NCBI RefSeq assembly: GCF_018336915.1
Contig: NZ_CP064923.1
Coordinates: 5,370,001 to 5,402,000 of the forward strand
Length of the DNA: 32,000 nucleotides
Direction of reading: 5' to 3'
From: Acaryochloris marina S15
GTDB lineage: Bacteria > Cyanobacteriota > Cyanobacteriia > Thermosynechococcales > Thermosynechococcaceae
Shown here: piece by piece, positions 16,240 to 21,780 of the stretch
Position numbering within the stretch: the stretch's first letter is position 1
How the letters are laid out: each line of letters starts with the position of its first letter
Made by a program: the position numbers and the translations under genes
Notes under the pieces: generated by a model
Told to the model about the DNA's origin: nothing
The model's database searches: none
Seen by the model: only the letters and a program-made list of their open reading frames with translations

Positions 16240-18504
16240 CTACAAGTCTTTGCGCGAGAGAAGAGATTGCGCGAGAGAAGAGAGAATACCCAACGGTAAT
16301 TCTCCCTCAAATCCAAACGGTAATTCTCCGTCAAGAGAATTTTCGAGATCGTATGTTGGATTTTGCCACTTGCCATTGTTTGTCCAGCCGATGCGATCGC
16401 AGAACGTTCTTGTAAACTCATTGTAATCTGTCGGGCTTCCGCACTCTTCCCAAATCCGTTTTTGAACACTAAAGCCCCACTTGCCATCGCTGTACTTAAC
16501 CCACAGACGATCCAGCATTTGCAAATCGTCGCAGGGAAAAGTCTTTAGGTCATCGCTATTCAAATATTGCCCTTCTTCTTTCCCCACGGTGGTAATCATC
16601 AACCGATAGGTCTCCTGGTCGGCTTCACGCCATTGTTGGGTTTGTAGAAGCGTCTCTAGGTTGGCATATCGAGACGTTTCAACTTGGGAGGTAGTTTTTT
16701 CAAATGCAGCCAATTCCTCTGCAGTTAAGTCCAGCCGTTTGGTAGTGTCTTGCTGGATGGTATAGGCCAAATCAATGGCCTCTTGGCGCAAAGCTTCCCG
16801 AATCAATGGCGTAGGGTTGACCTGGGAGGCATAGAGCAAAATCGTCTGTTTCCACCAATCATTCTGGAGATGTTTATAAAGCAACGCTTCTTGCTTATCA
16901 TCAGCAATCTGAGTGGCAGCCAAATACTCTTGCAAACTGAGATGAGCGAACTCAAATTCACCCAATTCCCGCTCTACCAGCAATTCGCTAATTTGCACCA
17001 CTTCTGCCAAGAAATTCTTTTGTTCAACTTGTTCCTGTTGCAGTTTTATATATTTCTTGATTCGTTCCTCTAGGTCAGAGTGACCCAACCGCTCCTCATG
17101 GGCTTCCATCATGGATAACGCCAACCGTTGCAAGATAAGCTGGGCTTCACAATCGATTAAACAAGTCTTCAGCTTTCGTGCCCTTGGCCGGTCTCGAAGC
17201 TGTAACGTACAAATCTCTCGATATAGTTCAACCCTGCGTTTAGGTAACTCTGCGCCGGGATATCGCCAATGGAACGACACAATCATATTCAGCAAGAGTG
17301 GATTTCTGGCTAAATCCTTCAGCTCTTGCCGCGCTTCAATTTGGGTTAGCAGTTCCTCAGCGGCAGTTTTTGCAGCATGCTCAACGTCGGGAGTCAACTC
17401 TCCCCCACTGGCATATTGCTCTTGGTACAAATACCAATTCTCTACAAAATTTCGGCGTTGGGATTCGCTAAAGTCTTGCACCCAAAGGATAGGAAGTTCC
17501 AATCGGTCGACTAGCTCCTGATCTTTATAGGCTTTAGGACGTGAAGTGACTATAAATACTGATTTGCTGTAATGGCGCATCTGATCATTAATCCATCGAG
17601 CCACCACCGGACGTTGCCCAGAGGCCACCTCATCGAAGCCATCCAGCATTACCACTGCTTCACCTTGATTAAGCTTCTTTTTAACCCAATCTTTTGGTAA
17701 ATCAGCTAACTTATCAAAATCCGGCAAATCTGGAATATGGTGATTTCTAATCAACTCCGGTAAAGTCGGTGGTTGCTCTTGAGCCAATAGGTCTCGATGT
17801 TTACGCAGCACCAGCAAAAAAGGGACTCGTCTGGGTACACCGTATTTACCTTGTTGGTTCATGCCATAGGTATAGGCAATATGCTTTAGCAGCGTCGTTT
17901 TGCCATAACCACCCCAAGCCAGTACCCCAATTTGGCTGTGGGTCATGAAGTTTGAGTCTTTCCAGGTCTTACTCAGAAAATCCCAAATTTCACTCTCCTG
18001 CATCTCATTAAAGGAAAGCTTTGTAGGATGTTGCATAGGAGACTCTCTCAAACCCGACGGTAAGGAGTTCCGGTCCAATTGCAAAGGAACATAAATCTCC
18101 TCCAGTAGAGGCCGGAAAATGCCATCGTGTTGAATCACCCCTTCAGATTTCTGGCGACGGCAAGCCCAAGCTTGACATCGAAAATACTGTTCTTCTACGC
18201 CACTAACTTTAGCAATGCCATGATCAATCGCTTTATTGGCTGCTTCTCCTGCTTTTGTTAGGCGATCTTGAGTACCTTTATGAACCGGGTTTAGCAAACT
18301 GGCTCCATAGGAAATCCCCAAACCAATCACCCCAGATGCCAAGGCTTTGGGGATATCACTATCATTGAACAGAGACCAAAACGCACCTGCTCCACCTACC
18401 GTCACCCCGCCTGTCCGTACTGCTTTAACAACAACATCTGCAATCTGGTCACTGAGAGAAACCTTAGCTTTAGGTTTTGGAGTAGGTTTATCAGTCTTGG
18501 TCAT
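16240..18504 (-). CDS. NACHT-family STAND NTPase with hydrophobic Gly-rich N-terminus and C-terminal GUN4-like domain
   Basis: Walker A AWGGYGKTT (nt 17893-17913), Walker B VVMLDGFDE (17629-17655) and the NACHT WH motif FAHLSLQEYLAA. Two Gly/Ala-rich hydrophobic segments at aa 31-71. C-terminal LDRLWVKYSDGKWGFSVQKRIW...DRIGW...GELP matches the GUN4 signature (nt ~16300-16671). Confidence 0.85.
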   Translation of the reverse strand: MTKTDKPTPKPKAKVSLSDQIADVVVKAVRTGGVTVGGAGAFWSLFNDSDIPKALASGVIGLGISYGASLLNPVHKGTQDRLTKAGEAANKAIDHGIAKVSGVEEQYFRCQAWACRRQKSEGVIQHDGIFRPLLEEIYVPLQLDRNSLPSGLRESPMQHPTKLSFNEMQESEIWDFLSKTWKDSNFMTHSQIGVLAWGGYGKTTLLKHIAYTYGMNQQGKYGVPRRVPFLLVLRKHRDLLAQEQPPTLPELIRNHHIPDLPDFDKLADLPKDWVKKKLNQGEAVVMLDGFDEVASGQRPVVARWINDQMRHYSKSVFIVTSRPKAYKDQELVDRLELPILWVQDFSESQRRNFVENWYLYQEQYASGGELTPDVEHAAKTAAEELLTQIEARQELKDLARNPLLLNMIVSFHWRYPGAELPKRRVELYREICTLQLRDRPRARKLKTCLIDCEAQLILQRLALSMMEAHEERLGHSDLEERIKKYIKLQQEQVEQKNFLAEVVQISELLVERELGEFEFAHLSLQEYLAATQIADDKQEALLYKHLQNDWWKQTILLYASQVNPTPLIREALRQEAIDLAYTIQQDTTKRLDLTAEELAAFEKTTSQVETSRYANLETLLQTQQWREADQETYRLMITTVGKEEGQYLNSDDLKTFPCDDLQMLDRLWVKYSDGKWGFSVQKRIWEECGSPTDYNEFTRTFCDRIGWTNNGKWQNPTYDLENSLDGELPFGFEGELPLGILSSLAQSLLSRKDL

Positions 18505-18643
18505 AGCTCTAGAAATATGGCACTGCTTTTAATACAAGACAAAACTTTTTCAGCTAGCTAGGGGTATGTTTTTTAGGAGAGCACGACTCCTCACAATTAG
18601 ATCCGATGTTTTTCTAGTCAACAGTCTCAATTATGCTGCATTT

Positions 18644-18705
18644 GCCCCCTAAATCCCCCATTCTGGGGGACTTTGATTGTCGATCAATGCTTTGCTCACT
18701 CGCAT
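18644..18705. repeat. duplicated copy of the DUF559 gene 3' end (62 bp)
   Basis: 18644-18705 equals 18735-18796 with one mismatch (18663 c versus 18754 t), at a 91-bp offset. Weaker similarity continues for ~25 nt. Confidence 0.85.
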
Positions 18706-18731
18706 GTCTGATTTTGCCAACATCTTCTGTA

Positions 18732-19184
18732 TTAGCCCCCTAAATCCCCCATTTTGGGGGACTTTGATTGTCGATCAATGCTTTGCTCACTCGCATATCG
18801 GATTTGCTGAAGTACATGATCTAGGTGGTGCATGACGTCTGAGTTATGGAATCGGATCACTCGGTAACCTAGCTGGTTGAGCTGCTCGGTACGGGCTTGA
18901 TCATACTCCACCTGCTGATTGTGGATGTCGCCGTCTAGCTCAATCACTAACCGGCATTGGGGACAGTAAAAATCGACAATGAACGAACTAATGGCGTGTT
19001 GACAGCGGAATTTCAGGCCGCTGAGTTGACGTTTTTGCAGTGCTTTCCACAGCTTTTGTTCGGCTGGTGTCAGATTGAGTCTTAGTCGTCGTGCGGCGGC
19101 AACGACTGCTGGAGTCGTGCCGCGAATGCGGTGGTGTTGCGTTGGCTTCTCTCGCATCTTGTTACCCCCAACCCTGTCTCCCAT
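18732..19184 (-). CDS. DUF559 (Vsr/restriction-endonuclease-fold) domain protein
   Basis: LTPAEQKLWKALQKRQLSGLKFRCQHAISSFIVDFYCPQCRLVIELDGDIHN...GYRVIRFHNSDV is the DUF559 pattern. The last 11 codons (KSPKMGDLGG) are encoded by the 33-bp repeat. ATG 19184 lies inside repeat sequence, so M10 (19157) may be the true start. Confidence 0.8.
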   Translation of the reverse strand: MGDRVGGNKMREKPTQHHRIRGTTPAVVAAARRLRLNLTPAEQKLWKALQKRQLSGLKFRCQHAISSFIVDFYCPQCRLVIELDGDIHNQQVEYDQARTEQLNQLGYRVIRFHNSDVMHHLDHVLQQIRYASEQSIDRQSKSPKMGDLGG

Positions 19185-19235
19185 CTAGGATCATCATAAA
19201 TCTCAAAGTCCCCCAAAATGGGGGATTTAGGGGGC
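18735..19235 (-). mobile_element. candidate IR-bounded cassette carrying the DUF559 gene (501 bp)
   Basis: Perfect 33-bp inverted repeats: GCCCCCTAAATCCCCCATTTTGGGGGACTTTGA (18735-18767) and its exact reverse complement (19203-19235). Further copies lie at 18644-18676 (1 mismatch), 19395-19427 and 19587-19619. No target duplication could be identified. Confidence 0.4.
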
Positions 19236-19724
19236 AAATTCAGGGTTTAACTAGGCTTCCAAACCAACTTCTCAACCCAGCTCATGATGACGGCAGAGAG
19301 TGATAGCTTCAATTGTTGTCCTGTAACTGAGGGCGCTGCTTTATTGTGTTCTAGCCATCTCCTGAAGGTCTCCCATCGAGGATAATCATAAATCTCAAAG
19401 TCCCCCAAAATGGGGGATTTAGGGGGCAAATTCAGGGTTTAACTAGGCTTTCAAAACAACTTCTCAACCCAGCTCATGATGACGGCAGAGAGTGATAGCT
19501 TCAATTGTTGTCCTGTAACTGAGGGCACTGCCTTATTGTGTTCTAGCCATCTCCTGAAGGTCTCCCATCTAGGATCATCATAAATCTCAAAGTCCCCCAA
19601 AATGGGGGATTTAGGGGGCAAATGCAGGGTTTAACTAGGCTTTCAAAACAACTTCTCAACCCAGCTCATGATGACGGCAGAGAGTGATGGCTTCAATTTT
19701 TATCCTATAACTGAGGGCACTGCT
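19176..19724. repeat. tandem array, 192-bp unit x ~2.86 copies
   Basis: The landmark TCTCAAAG recurs at 19201, 19393 and 19585 (period exactly 192). Units are 19176-19367, 19368-19559 and 19560-19724 (partial), with only scattered substitutions. Each unit contains one 33-bp element. Confidence 0.9.
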
Positions 19725-20932
19725 CAATCGTATTGAACAACCAATTCCAACCCCTTCGCCCCCCTCAACCGAAACGCATTCAACACAATCGGATCCTTTA
19801 ACTCCAAATCTGCAGTCGGATCATAATCCTCAAAATAAGCCGCAGCAGGCGCATCCCCATCTAAAAACTGAATCACCGCATCTTCCCCAAACCTTTGCTT
19901 CGCCACCGTCAAACAATCCTTCATCAACAAAGACGGCGTAATCATAGAGCCCACATACGCCTTCGTTTCCTCATCAAACACCCGAATCCCCCGCGCCACC
20001 GACTGGGTTTCATGCAGCAAAAACGGACCACCCCGCTTATACTCCCCCCGCTCCAACACCGCCTCAATATCCTTCGGCTGGCGAATCACCCCATGGGTAT
20101 CAATCGTGACCATCGCCACATCTGGTTGGGCCTCCAGCTGCTCTAGCTCCTTGCGAATTTGCCCCTTAATATCATCCAGTCGCTCATTACTGGTCTTCCC
20201 CTCCCCTTCCAGATCACTGAAATCCAGATAAGCCGACCGCCCATCGGCATAGGTCACCAACCCCGACAACAGAATATTGGGGGCAGATTGCCCAGAAATC
20301 TTGGAAGAACGATAAACAGGCAAATCCGTTTTACCCGCATTCTTCGGCAATCGATTGGGATTGAAATAGGCATAGCTAAGGGGAATCGATTCCTTCTTTT
20401 TGGTAAAGCCCTTGAACGTCGTGCCAAAAATCCCCAGCACCTTGCCCCCCGTGCTCTCCACCTCCGCTTTAACCGTCTTATAGCTGTGATCGGGCAATAG
20501 GGGCAAAATCACCGTGCCCGGTTTAGGCTCAAACACAATCGCCGGACCCTGGCCATACCAATTCAGCGGCGTATCCGTTAGCACCGACTTGCCTTCTATA
20601 TTGGTGCGACCGGGCACGGGATAGGTTACATATTCTCGACCGTTATTATCAAGGGCGAACTGGGGTTTATTGCCGCGATACTGAAGGGGCGCAACGTCAA
20701 CGGTTTTGATCACCTTCTTCCAGTCGAAGTCATAGTCATAAAAAGAAAGCTGAAACACCTTGCTCAAGGGCACAGCAGGCTTAGACGCTAAAGACTCATA
20801 CTCAATAGGCATTGCTTCTAACCGAAAGGCATCGGGTTCAGAGGCTTGCTTACGCAAGAGGGTGCAATTCACCAATAGTGTTGAACAACCGATCAGCCCG
20901 ATCAGTTGAATTGATGGAGCAATCTTCACCAT
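19724..20932 (-). CDS. hypothetical lipoprotein (C-terminus weakly resembles phosphodiester glycosidase/DUF2233)
   Basis: Signal/lipobox MVKIAPSIQLIGLIGCS. C-terminal ...GSMITPSLLMKDCLTVAKQRFGEDAVIQFLDGDAPAAAYF resembles the ...lG..dAlnLDGGgS block of DUF2233 from memory (tentative). It lies 23 nt downstream of the rhomboid gene on the same strand. Confidence 0.6.
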   Translation of the reverse strand: MVKIAPSIQLIGLIGCSTLLVNCTLLRKQASEPDAFRLEAMPIEYESLASKPAVPLSKVFQLSFYDYDFDWKKVIKTVDVAPLQYRGNKPQFALDNNGREYVTYPVPGRTNIEGKSVLTDTPLNWYGQGPAIVFEPKPGTVILPLLPDHSYKTVKAEVESTGGKVLGIFGTTFKGFTKKKESIPLSYAYFNPNRLPKNAGKTDLPVYRSSKISGQSAPNILLSGLVTYADGRSAYLDFSDLEGEGKTSNERLDDIKGQIRKELEQLEAQPDVAMVTIDTHGVIRQPKDIEAVLERGEYKRGGPFLLHETQSVARGIRVFDEETKAYVGSMITPSLLMKDCLTVAKQRFGEDAVIQFLDGDAPAAAYFEDYDPTADLELKDPIVLNAFRLRGAKGLELVVQYD

Positions 20933-20955
20933 AAAAGCAGCTTCACACTCACACG

Positions 20956-21648
20956 TTAACGGCGGGACCGATCGTTATCAAACAGCCCCATCAATGGTCC
21001 CAGCAATGCCCCAAACACAAAGCCGCCAGCATGGGCCCAATAGGCAACCCCTCCCATATTCATGGGGGCATTCAGGCTAGCGACGCTATTAAAAGCCTGC
21101 TGGGCAAACCAGAACCCCAAAAAGAAGACTGCAGGCAGATTGACCGTCCAAAAGAAAAATCCTAGGGGAATCAGGGTCAAGACCTGCGCCTTGGGGAAGC
21201 GAATAATATAGGCCCCCATCACCCCTGCGATCGCACCACTGGCTCCCAAGGAAGGAATATCAGAATTGACGCTAAAAAACCATTGACTGAGGGCAGCTAG
21301 AGCACCACAGCTGAGGTAAAATACCAAGTATTTTACATGGCCCAGCTGGTCCTCAATATTATTCCCGAACACCCATAAAAACAGCATATTCCCGGCAATA
21401 TGCAAAATTCCCCCGTGCAGGAACTGGGAGGTAAACAGGGTAATCCAAGCCGGATGAGGCAATCCCGTGGGTTGCCCCTGAAAACTAGCGGTCAAGTCTC
21501 GGGGAACCACCGCCCATAGGCGAAAAAAGGCATCTAGCTCTGGCCCTAGGCGCAATTCATGGAGAAAAACGACCACATTCAGGGCAATCAGAACATAGGT
21601 AACAAAAGGCGTAATCCGAGTGGGGTTATTATCGCGTAGGGGTACCAC
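20956..21648 (-). CDS. rhomboid family intramembrane serine protease
   Basis: Six TM segments. Motifs FLHGGILHIAGNMLFLWVFG and the catalytic GASGAIAGVMGAY (GxSG), with His in AHAGGFVFG. Confidence 0.9.
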   Translation of the reverse strand: MVPLRDNNPTRITPFVTYVLIALNVVVFLHELRLGPELDAFFRLWAVVPRDLTASFQGQPTGLPHPAWITLFTSQFLHGGILHIAGNMLFLWVFGNNIEDQLGHVKYLVFYLSCGALAALSQWFFSVNSDIPSLGASGAIAGVMGAYIIRFPKAQVLTLIPLGFFFWTVNLPAVFFLGFWFAQQAFNSVASLNAPMNMGGVAYWAHAGGFVFGALLGPLMGLFDNDRSRR

Positions 21649-21780
21649 AGTTTTTTTTGATCGATTCCACTAAAAGTGCACTATTCTCTACATGGGGCCA
21701 AGTCGCTCTCCTGAACTAAGCGATGGGTCTGACCAGGATTAGCGATTTCAGGAGCATAGGCTCTAAAAACCGGACAGGGC

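Noticed and set aside
16194-16548. Short ORFs 16194..16415 (+), 16233..16487 (-) and 16363..16548 (+)
   Set aside because: They overlap the GUN4-like coding region of the 754-aa NACHT ORF in other frames or strands and have no independent support.
19176-19724. Repeat array as a CRISPR locus
   Set aside because: The 192-bp period is far too long. The sequence between the 33-bp elements is itself repeated, so there are no unique spacers. No cas genes are in the window.
19895-20500. Plus-strand ORFs 19895..20146 and 20159..20500 (Arg/Pro/His-rich)
   Set aside because: They are compositional artefacts of the G-poor plus strand opposite the lipoprotein gene, with low-complexity, non-protein-like sequence.
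19724-20520. Skewed 3' gene segment plus adjacent repeats as a diversity-generating retroelement target (VR/TR)
   Set aside because: There is no reverse transcriptase gene and no template-repeat copy of the coding segment in the window. The bias is C-depletion of the sense strand over ~800 nt, not adenine-specific variation in a ~100-bp VR.
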